Made by a program: the position numbers and the translations under genes
In this document: piece by piece, positions 39,982 to 48,338 of the stretch
Layout: every line of letters starts with the position of its first letter
Numbering within the stretch: the stretch's first letter is position 1
Notes under the pieces: model-generated
Seen by the model: only the letters and a program-made list of their open reading frames with translations
What the model was told of the DNA's origin: nothing
Databases searched by the model: none
IMG/VR virus record: IMGVR_UViG_3300042453_003688
Coordinates: 1-60,133 of that record
Reading direction: 5' to 3' (one strand)
From: a virus
Lineage: Duplodnaviria > Caudoviricetes
Length of the DNA stretch: 60,133 nt

Positions 39982-40010
39982 ATAGTACATTACTGGGAAT
40001 ACGGAGTCAA
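39982..40010 (-). promoter_or_regulatory. sigma70-type promoter
   Basis: Minus TTGACT-N17-TACTAT; shares ATGTACTATTCTC with the promoter at 724-753. Confidence 0.65.
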
Positions 40011-40438
40011 GAAAGAAAGAGCGCACGCTCGGCAACACGCCTGCGAGTAAGTCCTGCTACTTCCTTACCACCGGCTCTATTCCATTTCAAAAATTCTTCT
40101 GCTGCGCCACTAGTATCCCCTGCTCGAAACTTCTTGAGGAGAGTGCTCTTACTCAGGGCACCCAGGCCCACATTGTAAGAGAAGCAAACAAGGGCGGAGA
40201 ATTGATTGACTGTACAGTTAGCGGGAACCAGCTTCCTGACGCCAACTTCAAACTTACTTACATCCTTAGCAAGCAGTGCACTCGCTTCATCAGTGGTAAT
40301 AATCTTACCCTTGATTACATCGGGACCTGTGTGCCCGTAGCCGATTGTCCACACACCAACGATGTCCTGATAGGCTTCCAGCCGGAGCCCCTCAAATTCT
40401 TTTATAAGAGAGAGACCGGCTGTATTAAGGGCTAGCAT
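40007..40438 (-). CDS. Endolysin, GH24 phage lysozyme
   Basis: IKEFEGLRLEAYQDIVGVWTIGYGHT (E-x8-D-x5-T), FSYNVG, GLTRRR.AE; likely start ATG 40438. Confidence 0.93.
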   Translation of the reverse strand: MLALNTAGLSLIKEFEGLRLEAYQDIVGVWTIGYGHTGPDVIKGKIITTDEASALLAKDVSKFEVGVRKLVPANCTVNQFSALVCFSYNVGLGALSKSTLLKKFRAGDTSGAAEEFLKWNRAGGKEVAGLTRRRVAERALFLS

Positions 40439-40445
40439 TGTACTA

Positions 40446-40667
40446 CTACTCCCAGAGATTGAAGTCGGCGCAGGCTTCGTTGTGGAGGAAGTCTCTGACT
40501 GACTGGAGGGCGTCTCGGACTGGTTGGTCAAGTTCCTCGTACTTGAGTCTACCTCTGAGATAGTTGTCGATTTCCTGGAGAGCAGCGATATAAGCCACTG
40601 CATTAAGCGCATGACGGAACTCATCTCGTTCCTCCGGTAACTCAAATTCTAATATACTCTTAGGCAC
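40446..40667 (-). CDS. Hypothetical phage protein
   Basis: K.ILEF.LPEE...F..A motif common in phages; RBS AGGAG. Confidence 0.65.
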   Translation of the reverse strand: MPKSILEFELPEERDEFRHALNAVAYIAALQEIDNYLRGRLKYEELDQPVRDALQSVRDFLHNEACADFNLWE

Positions 40668-40676
40668 GGTGTTCTC

Positions 40677-41006
40677 CTACCAAAGTGCAATCACGGTTAG
40701 TAGTACGCCAGTCAGGGACAACACTACCCCAACGGCAGCTATGGCACCTACAATTTGAAATCTGCGTTTATTGTGTAGCTGCACTTGATTCATGATACCA
40801 AGGATATCCAAGTAACCAGTCTCTGTCATGTACTTCAGACGAATAAGTCTCTCGCCCTCTTCCAGGGCAACTACTGCCTGCACGGCGTAGTATAGATTCC
40901 GTCCACTACTGCTGCTGCCGTCACTTCCGCTACCACTTCCCTTACCCTTACTGGCCTTGGAGAAGTCTACAACATTATTCTTCGGGCCTTTTGGTTCATC
41001 GCTCAT
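40677..41006 (-). CDS. Membrane protein with C-terminal TM
   Basis: 109 aa; NVVDF motif; RBS GAGGAG. Confidence 0.65.
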   Translation of the reverse strand: MSDEPKGPKNNVVDFSKASKGKGSGSGSDGSSSSGRNLYYAVQAVVALEEGERLIRLKYMTETGYLDILGIMNQVQLHNKRRFQIVGAIAAVGVVLSLTGVLLTVIALW

Positions 41007-41039
41007 CGTATTATACTCCTCTGTAATATTCAGCAGTTA

Positions 41040-41237
41040 CTACCAATTTCCTTTACCTGCCCAATTGCGTCCGCGGAGTACCGTCTGCTTGCCACCAATA
41101 ATCTTTTCCCACTTGCCAGTCAGTCCCTTAGCTTCTTCTTCAGTAGGAGGTACGTCACTGTCATTAAAGGTGCGGATTACTTCTACTATTGTTTTGGTTT
41201 CCTGGTGTTCCCAGGCGTACATAGGAGGCATACTCAC
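41040..41237 (-). CDS. FmdB-like small protein without Cys
   Basis: MP.Y.W...T..IVEV...W.K.I...F/L.G..W pattern. Confidence 0.5.
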   Translation of the reverse strand: MSMPPMYAWEHQETKTIVEVIRTFNDSDVPPTEEEAKGLTGKWEKIIGGKQTVLRGRNWAGKGNW

Positions 41238-41449
41238 AATTCCTTCCCTTCAGTGTCCTTGCGTGGAGGTGGACTGTCCTTCAGTCTCTTAGCAATAATA
41301 TCCAATTCAGTTTCTAGAACATCCAGCCTGGCATCTAGGGCCATGAGGGCGCGGGTAAGGCTGTCGATAACCTTGTAGGACTCTTCGCGGTGAGCGTCGA
41401 GCTCTTTGGTCAGAACCCCAATCGCGCCTTCAGTAACATTTGTACTCAT
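41234..41449 (-). CDS. Coiled-coil hypothetical protein
   Basis: 71 aa ORF with RBS. Confidence 0.55.
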   Translation of the reverse strand: MSTNVTEGAIGVLTKELDAHREESYKVIDSLTRALMALDARLDVLETELDIIAKRLKDSPPPRKDTEGKEL

Positions 41450-41530
41450 TAATTCTCTGCCTCCTTCCAGACCCAGTCTACGAATATAAGTTTAGTGTCA
41501 CACTTCTTACAATAAGATACTCTCATACCT

Positions 41531-41558
41531 GTATCGGCAGGTTTATGATAATCTTTAG
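41531..41558 (-). promoter_or_regulatory. sigma28/FliA-type promoter
   Basis: CTAAAG-N14-GCCGATAC; lies inside a small Cys-containing ORF. Confidence 0.55.
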
Positions 41559-41618
41559 GACATTTTGAAGAGGAGTAATAAGGCCAGCTCCAGGCTCCAT
41601 CATGCTCATCTTCTGTCA

Positions 41619-41921
41619 TTATTTTCTCTTCTCCACTTTCTTCAGTTGGCTTATTGCCTTTTGTATCTCGCCCCTCTTGGCGGGGGGAAGGTCAGCCGCT
41701 TCGCTTTCCAACTTGGCAATCTCTTTGTGTTCCTGGAATCCCTTACGCTTGGTGCCGTCGATATAGCTGGCACGGGTGAAGTTGGGAGCACTGAGGGTCT
41801 TACTCATAGGGCCGCCGCAGTCAGGACAGCCCCAGGTTCCGCCCTGCTCATCCCTGTCTATCAGGATGTCAGTAACCAGGTCACACTCTTCACAACGTAT
41901 ATCGATGGTTATCCAGCCCAC
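41619..41921 (-). CDS. FmdB-family zinc-ribbon protein
   Basis: CEEC...CPDCGG.M.K.LSAP. Confidence 0.75.
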   Translation of the reverse strand: MGWITIDIRCEECDLVTDILIDRDEQGGTWGCPDCGGPMSKTLSAPNFTRASYIDGTKRKGFQEHKEIAKLESEAADLPPAKRGEIQKAISQLKKVEKRK

Positions 41922-41970
41922 TGCATGCCCTCCACCATCCCGCTATCGCGGCTCGTTATCCATCCCACTG

Positions 41971-42135
41971 CTACTTCTTACCCTCCTCTTTTCCACAGGG
42001 CTTCCTACATCCGTGGCAACCGCGGCACTTGTGTACTACCGGGTCTTCTCTATAGGCCATAAATACGCAGGCAATAATAAGCAGGCAGAGCCATACCAGT
42101 CCAGTGATGTGAGGGTCTACAGTTATGAAGCCCAT
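41971..42135 (-). CDS. Small Cys-rich membrane protein (54 aa, not in ORF track)
   Basis: MGFITVDPHITGLVWLCLLIIACVFMAYREDPVVHKCRGCHGCRKPCGKEEGKK. Confidence 0.55.
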   Translation of the reverse strand: MGFITVDPHITGLVWLCLLIIACVFMAYREDPVVHKCRGCHGCRKPCGKEEGKK

Positions 42136-42140
42136 TGCTA

Positions 42141-42395
42141 CTATTCCTTTACGCTACCTAACTTATAGGCTTTTATTGTCTTAAGTTCTGTCCAGCCGTC
42201 ACTCCGTAGTACCTTGTTAAAATACCCGGCCTTGCCTCGGAATAGCATATCTTCATAGGCAGATTCTAAATCCCAGCCCAGGCAGTACTTGTCATTTGAC
42301 ATCGTGCCATCGGTGTACTCTATGAATACTTGATACCTGTCACAATTTTTAACGGGAAAGAAATCTGACAATTTTTTGGTGATATAGTTACCCAT
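42141..42395 (-). CDS. Hypothetical protein
   Basis: 84 aa, RBS GGAGGAG. Confidence 0.6.
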   Translation of the reverse strand: MGNYITKKLSDFFPVKNCDRYQVFIEYTDGTMSNDKYCLGWDLESAYEDMLFRGKAGYFNKVLRSDGWTELKTIKAYKLGSVKE

Positions 42396-42397
42396 CG

Positions 42398-42868
42398 CTA
42401 CTCCTCCACCTCGAAAATGTATTGCTTATATAGGTCTTTCAGTGCCTCACGGGGGACTCGATATCCTCCAGTTATCCATCCCCGATTCTTAATAGAGTGC
42501 ATGTACATGTCTTTAGTAATACTATCGAGACGCTTAATGAGTGCTGGGAGGTCAGTGAATTCGAAGTAGGTATTGTGTCGGACAAACATATAGCAGAATA
42601 TCTCAACCCCTTTGCCGTGGGATTGCCAGATACTGCCGGGCTTTTTATTAGTGATGTCACTCCACCGTTCAATAAAGAAGTTGGGAGTCTTCTCCATATT
42701 GTAGGTGTCAGTCTTTAGTTCCAGAAGGGCTCCGGTACTAACGACCTGGAAGTCTGCCGCGTGCTTGGGATATACAACGATAGGCTGGTGATAATACTCC
42801 AGAAAGAGTTCCTCCCCACGACTGCCTACCTCTATCTGTTCTTTGAAATCCCAAGTCTTGTTGCTCAT
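42398..42868 (-). CDS. PD-(D/E)XK-type nuclease-like protein
   Basis: G..GE...ADF...ELKTD...NFFIE pattern. Confidence 0.65.
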   Translation of the reverse strand: MSNKTWDFKEQIEVGSRGEELFLEYYHQPIVVYPKHAADFQVVSTGALLELKTDTYNMEKTPNFFIERWSDITNKKPGSIWQSHGKGVEIFCYMFVRHNTYFEFTDLPALIKRLDSITKDMYMHSIKNRGWITGGYRVPREALKDLYKQYIFEVEE

Positions 42869-42869
42869 G

Positions 42870-43177
42870 ATACCCCTTGCTTGGTGAATACTGGCGAATG
42901 TGCTTCATTGGCTACCGGGTTCGATTGCTCTACCCGCTGGTCGAAGACCGCCACTGCTTACCTCCTGCCTACTCGGAGACCAGTTATTGTGGGAACAGGG
43001 CCGGTCGCTACTCCGGCCACAGGCCGATACATGACGGATTGCACTGAGTTCACTCCCGAAGGAATCGGCTACGTCTAGCCCGCCGCCTATATAACTGCGT
43101 GTCTCCTGTTGTGTTGCTAGCCAATTACGGTGGATGCTATGCACCCTCACACAACTGCTTCCCACGCCGCCTGTTCC
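42870..43177 (-). ncRNA. Structured ncRNA with tRNA-like core
   Basis: GGAACAGG/CCTGTTCC closing stem stacked on a GCCGG/CCGGC T-like arm; GCGTG/CACGC D-like stem; UUCG hairpins; starts right after a sigma28-type promoter. Confidence 0.7.
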
Positions 43178-43185
43178 TTTCTGTC

Positions 43186-43213
43186 TTATCGGAATACTTC
43201 TCAGAAACTTGAG
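43186..43213 (-). promoter_or_regulatory. sigma28/FliA-type promoter for the ncRNA
   Basis: CTCAAG-N14-TCCGATAA, intergenic. Confidence 0.8.
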
Positions 43214-43215
43214 TG

Positions 43216-43416
43216 CTAGTAGAGCTGTTTGACACAGCAGGCCCCGTTACCGGCTATCCAGTAGTACCAGTATCCGGGACCTATATTTCTTCGTGCAACT
43301 TCTTGTTCATTATAGCAGAAGATAACTTCAGTAGATTCCAGCAAACAGAATACAACCATCGGTTGGAAGTCGTTGGCATCTAATCTCATGAGAACACCAG
43401 ACTTTCTTTCCACCAC
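43216..43416 (-). CDS. Hypothetical protein
   Basis: Small ORF coupled to helicase end; start uncertain. Confidence 0.45.
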   Translation of the reverse strand: MVERKSGVLMRLDANDFQPMVVFCLLESTEVIFCYNEQEVARRNIGPGYWYYWIAGNGACCVKQLY

Positions 43417-44840
43417 TGCGGAAAGAGGTGAGAGTGGTCCCGGTAGAGTCTGTGTTCAAATGTACTGTCAATAATGTAAGTGATACCCCAGTCGTCCGCT
43501 GCTCGGACTACCCTGCCGCTAGCCTGGAGAATTGACTTGGCTGTCTCCCATGCGTACCACTCAGGGTCACTGTCAGCCAGATACCTGACTGCAGGTTCAG
43601 CGAGGGAGGGATAGGGCACCTTGGTAATCACCTGCCAGCGGGCTGCATCGTAGGGGAGGTCAATCCCTTCGTACATACCGCTCGCCACAAGGACAGCACC
43701 TGTACTAGCAGGCTCATCCTTAAACGTCGTATAAACTTCCCGCGCATTCTCCCGTGTATGCCAGCGCAGCCTGGGCTCATTAGCTAAGAGAGGCCTGAGC
43801 ATAGAGGCAAGGGAGTAGGTAATATGAATGAGTCCCTTTTCCGGGTGGTCGCGCAACAAATTGCGCACGGCCTCAGCCAGAACAGGAAGATTAGTTTGCT
43901 GCTGTGCATAAGCCATACTACAAGTAGACAGTACAACGACTGGCCTTCTCTCAGCATCGACAGGAGAGGTAGCATTAACTGTGTACACCCTCTTCTTATC
44001 GAGACCCAGCTGCTCGACATCCTTCTGTCCAATGGTGGCTGACAGCAAAATTACCTTTCGTACCTTACTTCCCGGCCAAAAGAGTGGGGGCTGGTCCCTC
44101 ACATCGACAGGGGCCATCTTAATGCACTCCCTATCTTCTCCGTGATAGAGCTCACTACTTCGGGTAATCACGTACCGAGTCTTACCTGATTGCAATTCTT
44201 TGTGGAGAAGCTGGAGTTTCGGGTCCTCATCCAGATAGGGGTTAGCTTCCAGCCAGCGGAGAAGTGACCCGTAGTCCCTGACGTAACCCGGGAATCCGTA
44301 GTCGTGGTGCCAGAAAACTTTTGCTGCCCTGTCCTGCAGGACGCGAACTAGGTTGTGGGCTTCGTCAGCAATAAGGATATCCCGGTACAGCTTATGTGCC
44401 AGGTAGATGTGATTATTATAAATGCCATAAGGGACAGCATGAGACTGCCTGATACCCTTGACGTAGGGACAGTCGCTACAGTGTTTCTTCCTGCGGGCGT
44501 GCGTATCCTTGCAACTTATTCTGTGCTGGTCAGTCGAGAAATTACAGGTGTAGCTATCCTTCTTACTGAGAGAAGGCAGCTTGGGGAAGTCTGTCCTGTA
44601 CTGGTCAACTAGGACATTAGTAGGCGTGATGATAGAAGAGCCCAGCTTTCTCATGCTGCTGGCCCAGCGTGACAGGGTTACTGCCACCCTACTCTTGCCT
44701 GCCCCTACTGGGAGGTTGACGACGAATACGTCAGCCTTATCCCAATTCTCTTCAATCTGCTGCAGTGCCTGTATCTGAATAGCGCGGGGAACGCCTGGAA
44801 AGAAATCCAGCATCCCCGCCTTTTTGTTAATGCGTTCCAT
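43386..44840 (-). CDS. SF2 helicase, DinG/XPD-like
   Basis: LPVGAGKS, DEAH, LSAT, EGIDLP, KVPYP and QASGRVVR motifs; four Cys in the Fe-S region. Confidence 0.9.
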   Translation of the reverse strand: MERINKKAGMLDFFPGVPRAIQIQALQQIEENWDKADVFVVNLPVGAGKSRVAVTLSRWASSMRKLGSSIITPTNVLVDQYRTDFPKLPSLSKKDSYTCNFSTDQHRISCKDTHARRKKHCSDCPYVKGIRQSHAVPYGIYNNHIYLAHKLYRDILIADEAHNLVRVLQDRAAKVFWHHDYGFPGYVRDYGSLLRWLEANPYLDEDPKLQLLHKELQSGKTRYVITRSSELYHGEDRECIKMAPVDVRDQPPLFWPGSKVRKVILLSATIGQKDVEQLGLDKKRVYTVNATSPVDAERRPVVVLSTCSMAYAQQQTNLPVLAEAVRNLLRDHPEKGLIHITYSLASMLRPLLANEPRLRWHTRENAREVYTTFKDEPASTGAVLVASGMYEGIDLPYDAARWQVITKVPYPSLAEPAVRYLADSDPEWYAWETAKSILQASGRVVRAADDWGITYIIDSTFEHRLYRDHSHLFPQWWKESLVFS

Positions 44841-44865
44841 CCATCCGCCCCCCGGCTGTGTTCTA

Positions 44866-45327
44866 CTACCACTCCAACGATATACCTACAGCCACTTCTT
44901 TTCTGTCAACATCTACAATGACGTCCGCCCAGGCCGGGCTGTCCCAGAGTCTCTTGCCGACCGCGACAACAGGGTGGCCTTTGAGTTCTTTCTTCCACTC
45001 TGGTCTGACGGCAACCGTTGTTCTGAACTGGCGCGGCCTTTCTTTCGGCGTGACCGTGACCTTGCTGCTTTCTTTCTTGTCGCTGACTTTGGTGGTGTCT
45101 GTAACTGTTTTGATTGTTCTACTTCCATCGGGCTTGATGACTTCAGTGGTGGTTGTAGTCGATTTCTCAACCTCGTTATTCGCAGAGATAGAGCTACTAG
45201 TACTATCGCCGCCCGGCTTACTGCCCTGTCTAATGCCGACAATATAACCAATAACAAGTGCTGCACAAATAACTCCTATATATTTAATAATGTTACTAAT
45301 CATATTTATTTGCTCCTGTCTTTCCAA
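44866..45327 (-). CDS. Membrane-anchored protein with C-terminal beta-strands
   Basis: N-terminal TM, Thr/Lys-rich linker, ends VAVGISLEW. Confidence 0.7.
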   Translation of the reverse strand: MERQEQINMISNIIKYIGVICAALVIGYIVGIRQGSKPGGDSTSSSISANNEVEKSTTTTTEVIKPDGSRTIKTVTDTTKVSDKKESSKVTVTPKERPRQFRTTVAVRPEWKKELKGHPVVAVGKRLWDSPAWADVIVDVDRKEVAVGISLEW

Positions 45328-45680
45328 TCAGTAAACTCTTGCTTACCCATGCCGTCCGCTGCACCGCAGATAGCCCTATAAGTATAGTCAGCTACCTTGG
45401 CGAACACCTTAAGGCAGGGGCTGACCGGGAACAACTGGGCGCAGCGAGGAACTGCAAGCTGGTAGTTAGCTTCGTCTATCCTGTCGTAGGGCAGACCCAG
45501 GCGGGTTGTCTTAGGGCAGGGGGCAGGTTGTGGCCTCTGTGGAACAGGCTCACACACTGGTGGGTAGACTGCCGGATATATTTTACCGGGGTCGCAAGGC
45601 TGCATCTTCTCTTCTACACTCTTGCACTGAGCAAAACCGAGAGCTATAAGAAGGGCCAGTCCTGCAAGTCGTATGTTCAT
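45306..45680 (-). CDS. Putative lipoprotein, Cys/Pro-rich
   Basis: Signal peptide ending FAQC. Confidence 0.6.
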   Translation of the reverse strand: MNIRLAGLALLIALGFAQCKSVEEKMQPCDPGKIYPAVYPPVCEPVPQRPQPAPCPKTTRLGLPYDRIDEANYQLAVPRCAQLFPVSPCLKVFAKVADYTYRAICGAADGMGKQEFTDWKDRSK

Positions 45681-46243
45681 GGAAGTATAACCTCGTCAGC
45701 AAGTCCTAGTTCAACCGTCTCTTCGGCGGTAAGAATGGTATCAAATTCAAGCATCTTATTCAGACGTCCTCTACTGAAGTCGGGGTGCTTCTCTCTGATT
45801 CTCTCTAGTAACTTGTCGGAACAAATCTTATCTTCTTTAGCATTATATTTTGCCCAGCGTTTAACAATACTTGCATGGTCATCATAGGACTCACTGCCCA
45901 CGTGTACCATAAGGCGGGAGGTAGGAGCCATTCTCCGAGTGTCAGCAGCCTGCAATATAATTGAGGCCATGCTGCAAGCCTCTCCGTAGACATCAATTGT
46001 AATGTGAGCTGACTGCCTGCGTATCATGTCCATGATAGCTAGGCCCTGGTTAACATCCCCGCCCTCGCTATTAAGGATGATGGTGATGGGGTCAGAGTTC
46101 AAGTTACCGAGTATATGCAAGCCCTTGATGATGTCCTCAGCGGAGTCCTGGGTTATCTCTCCAATCAGGGACAGAGTTCTACTAGGTACATGAATACCCT
46201 TTTCATAGAAGGTTAGAATGGTTTCCGTGTCATTCTTTCTCAT
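45677..46243 (-). CDS. ClpP-family protease subunit
   Basis: NSEGG, ACSMAS (Ser), LMVH (His), FDTILTAEE (Asp), GLADEV. Confidence 0.88.
   Translation of the reverse strand: MRKNDTETILTFYEKGIHVPSRTLSLIGEITQDSAEDIIKGLHILGNLNSDPITIILNSEGGDVNQGLAIMDMIRRQSAHITIDVYGEACSMASIILQAADTRRMAPTSRLMVHVGSESYDDHASIVKRWAKYNAKEDKICSDKLLERIREKHPDFSRGRLNKMLEFDTILTAEETVELGLADEVILP
45813..45840 (-). promoter_or_regulatory. sigma28/FliA-type promoter, internal to the ClpP gene
   Basis: CTAAAG-N14-TCCGACAA. Confidence 0.5.
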
Positions 46244-46589
46244 CTACTTCCCCTTCAATAAATATTTCGAGACTCGCTGGTACTTCATATTCTACCCTGC
46301 CAGGCGGACATATTCCAAGCTGTATATTCATCATCGCCTGCTTTCTTTGCCAGCGTCCCCTACTTCTTTTCTTGACCAGCGCTTCCCAGCGGCAAGCCTG
46401 GCTGCGCGTCGAAAATCCCTTAAGGTAACATAAGAGTTTCCACCTACCTGCCGACCTCCGCGTCGCCCTCGCGCCGCCAGATATTTCGCCATTATGCTGC
46501 CGTAGCCTACGAGTAACACAAGTAGTACTGCCAACATAAGTCCGTTGTCCATCGAAAATAAGGTAGACATACCAGTCACTCTTCTTCAT
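46230..46589 (-). CDS. GIY-YIG nuclease, SLX1-like
   Basis: YVYL...TYVGST...RRLRQHNGEISGGA..T...W...GF.....A..WE. Confidence 0.88.
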   Translation of the reverse strand: MKKSDWYVYLIFDGQRTYVGSTTCVTRRLRQHNGEISGGARATRRSAGRWKLLCYLKGFSTRSQACRWEALVKKRSRGRWQRKQAMMNIQLGICPPGRVEYEVPASLEIFIEGEVDEKE

Positions 46590-46773
46590 CTCCCGACTCC
46601 TCTAGAATCAGGGAGTGAAGCTGAACGATAGCCTCATGCAAATCTGCCGGTAGGAGACCCCACACAGTACGGCCTTCAGAGCTGACGAACACTTCTATCC
46701 CGGCAGGTTCTCCGTCTTGCATGTCAAGCCGTTCCAACATGTATTCCACTGTCTCACGTATTAGAGGATTCAC
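46576..46773 (-). CDS. Hypothetical protein
   Basis: 65 aa acidic ORF overlapping neighbours. Confidence 0.5.
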   Translation of the reverse strand: MNPLIRETVEYMLERLDMQDGEPAGIEVFVSSEGRTVWGLLPADLHEAIVQLHSLILEESGDEEE

Positions 46774-47284
46774 GCATCACCTTCTCTGGTAGTAGGGGTA
46801 GGGGCTTCTCTGATAGCCGACATGCAGTGAGTATGGCAGTATACCCCAGCATGATAGCGTCCTTCTCATCAGTCTTCTGATAATCTTTTGGAACATGCTT
46901 ATGCCAGGTGATAGGCGGCACCTCTACCAGTGGCCTATCAATGCTACCGATGATAGCACCGATTGCCCTCTGCAAAGAAACGATACTCTTACTGAAGCCG
47001 CTACCTTTCATGAAGGGCGGAATGAATTCCACAACTAGTATGTCCGGGGTAGGAAACTCTTCGCGGAGTGTCTGACTAATGAGATAGAGTTTTCGATTGA
47101 ATTCCCTATCACGGGCTACTTCAATGAAACCGCTGTCAATGAGTACACCTTCCTGGAAGACCGCGTAGCCTGGCATACTATTACGGCTGCCGGAGGACGG
47201 GTCGATAGCCAGCACATTACCACCCAGTATTTGAGGGATGACTTTGGATACCTGCTTCTCCAGGTTGGTCATAGGCTTAGTCAT
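46754..47284 (-). CDS. RuvC-like Holliday junction resolvase
   Basis: VLAIDP...GYAV, LVVE, V.P.TW.K, DE.DAI; likely ATG 47284. Confidence 0.78.
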   Translation of the reverse strand: MTKPMTNLEKQVSKVIPQILGGNVLAIDPSSGSRNSMPGYAVFQEGVLIDSGFIEVARDREFNRKLYLISQTLREEFPTPDILVVEFIPPFMKGSGFSKSIVSLQRAIGAIIGSIDRPLVEVPPITWHKHVPKDYQKTDEKDAIMLGYTAILTACRLSEKPLPLLPEKVMRESSNT

Positions 47285-47462
47285 TATCCCACTCACTTTC
47301 TTCATAGTCTCTAAGCAGACGCATGAGGAGACCGGAGATAGCGCCAGCCAGAAAGCCAGCAAAGAGGCCCTCTACCCACGTCATCCTATCCGACATCGAG
47401 AGGAGCATTAGGAATACACCACCAATAATTATCCACGCAATAAGCCTGACTAGTATTACCAC
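47277..47462 (-). CDS. Two-TM small membrane protein
   Basis: Two hydrophobic helices. Confidence 0.55.
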   Translation of the reverse strand: MVILVRLIAWIIIGGVFLMLLSMSDRMTWVEGLFAGFLAGAISGLLMRLLRDYEESEWDND

Positions 47463-47782
47463 TTGATTTGAAACTCCTCGTCATATTTGCCTTCGAATAG
47501 TGCAGCCATCTCGTCCTTTATAACCTTGATAACCCTGCGGTGTCGGGGAATCTTCTTGCTAACTACGTACTCCAAGGCTAACTCTTCTACGATTCTTTCC
47601 CAAAGAAACTGACGCACTGCCTCATCTAGAAAGTGTAGCCTATTCTCCATGGCTAAATCATTAACAAGGTCACTGTTACCTACGATGTGCTTAGCGGTGA
47701 ATAGGGCAACTAGCGTGTGCTTACTATTCTTCCTTTGGTTTGATTTCATATTCCGCCTCATCGGTAGAAATGTCTCGGTCAA
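47456..47782 (-). CDS. Hypothetical protein
   Basis: ORF in operon; start uncertain. Confidence 0.55.
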   Translation of the reverse strand: MTETFLPMRRNMKSNQRKNSKHTLVALFTAKHIVGNSDLVNDLAMENRLHFLDEAVRQFLWERIVEELALEYVVSKKIPRHRRVIKVIKDEMAALFEGKYDEEFQIKW

Positions 47783-47937
47783 TAATCAACATCAAGTTCA
47801 AGATGCTGTCCGATTCCGCTACTACTATGCCATTTCTCAAAAGTTGATACAGCTTCATATGCAATGTTCCCGACGATAAATCCCATGAAATAACCAAAAC
47901 CAAAAGCAGCAGTTACCGCTATAATACTACGTACCAT
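47779..47937 (-). CDS. Small membrane protein
   Basis: Likely ATG 47937; one TM. Confidence 0.45.
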   Translation of the reverse strand: MVRSIIAVTAAFGFGYFMGFIVGNIAYEAVSTFEKWHSSSGIGQHLELDVDY

Positions 47938-48286
47938 TTTGCCTCTGCCCCTTATAGTACTGGATGTTTTCCGGCATGAAGGAACTGGCAGTACAGTCAT
48001 CGAAGTACCACGTTGGCTTGGCCATGCAGGCCCACACCAGGTCAGATAGACCCAGTGCCTCTACCACATTGCGAGACCACTCACTGCCCCCGGCTGACCA
48101 TACAATAACAGTATGTCCGCGGGCAGCGAAGTCCCTGATAGCCTCTACGTGCTTCTCTTCAACTATCCAAGCTCTGTCATTAATAAGGGCAATTGGTCCT
48201 TCCGCCTGCGGGTACTCCGCCTGCGAATAGACCAACGTATTATCGACATCGAAATATACTGTCGGACCGGGGGGTGTAGTAAACAT
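47927..48286 (-). CDS. HAD-superfamily phosphatase-like protein
   Basis: FDVDNTL, VWSAGG, KP.WYFDD. Confidence 0.82.
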   Translation of the reverse strand: MFTTPPGPTVYFDVDNTLVYSQAEYPQAEGPIALINDRAWIVEEKHVEAIRDFAARGHTVIVWSAGGSEWSRNVVEALGLSDLVWACMAKPTWYFDDCTASSFMPENIQYYKGQRQNGT

Positions 48287-48302
48287 AATACCTCCTACTC
48301 CC

Positions 48303-48330
48303 TTATCGGAAGAAAGCGGAGGTACTTGAG
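48303..48330 (-). promoter_or_regulatory. sigma28/FliA-type promoter
   Basis: CTCAAG-N14-TCCGATAA, intergenic, upstream of RBS AGGAGG. Confidence 0.8.
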
Positions 48331-48338
48331 GGGAAATA

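Noticed and set aside
42905-43165. 86-aa minus-strand ORF
   Set aside because: Low-information Ser/Gly/Arg sequence with a GTG start inside a stem; dense base-pairing explains the region better
42992-43177. Canonical tRNA or tmRNA
   Set aside because: No 7-nt anticodon loop, no TTC T-loop, arms too large, no tag ORF recognised; kept as a tRNA-like ncRNA
47758-47790. Additional sigma28 promoter (ACCGATGA)
   Set aside because: No TAAAG/TCAAG -35 at the right spacing
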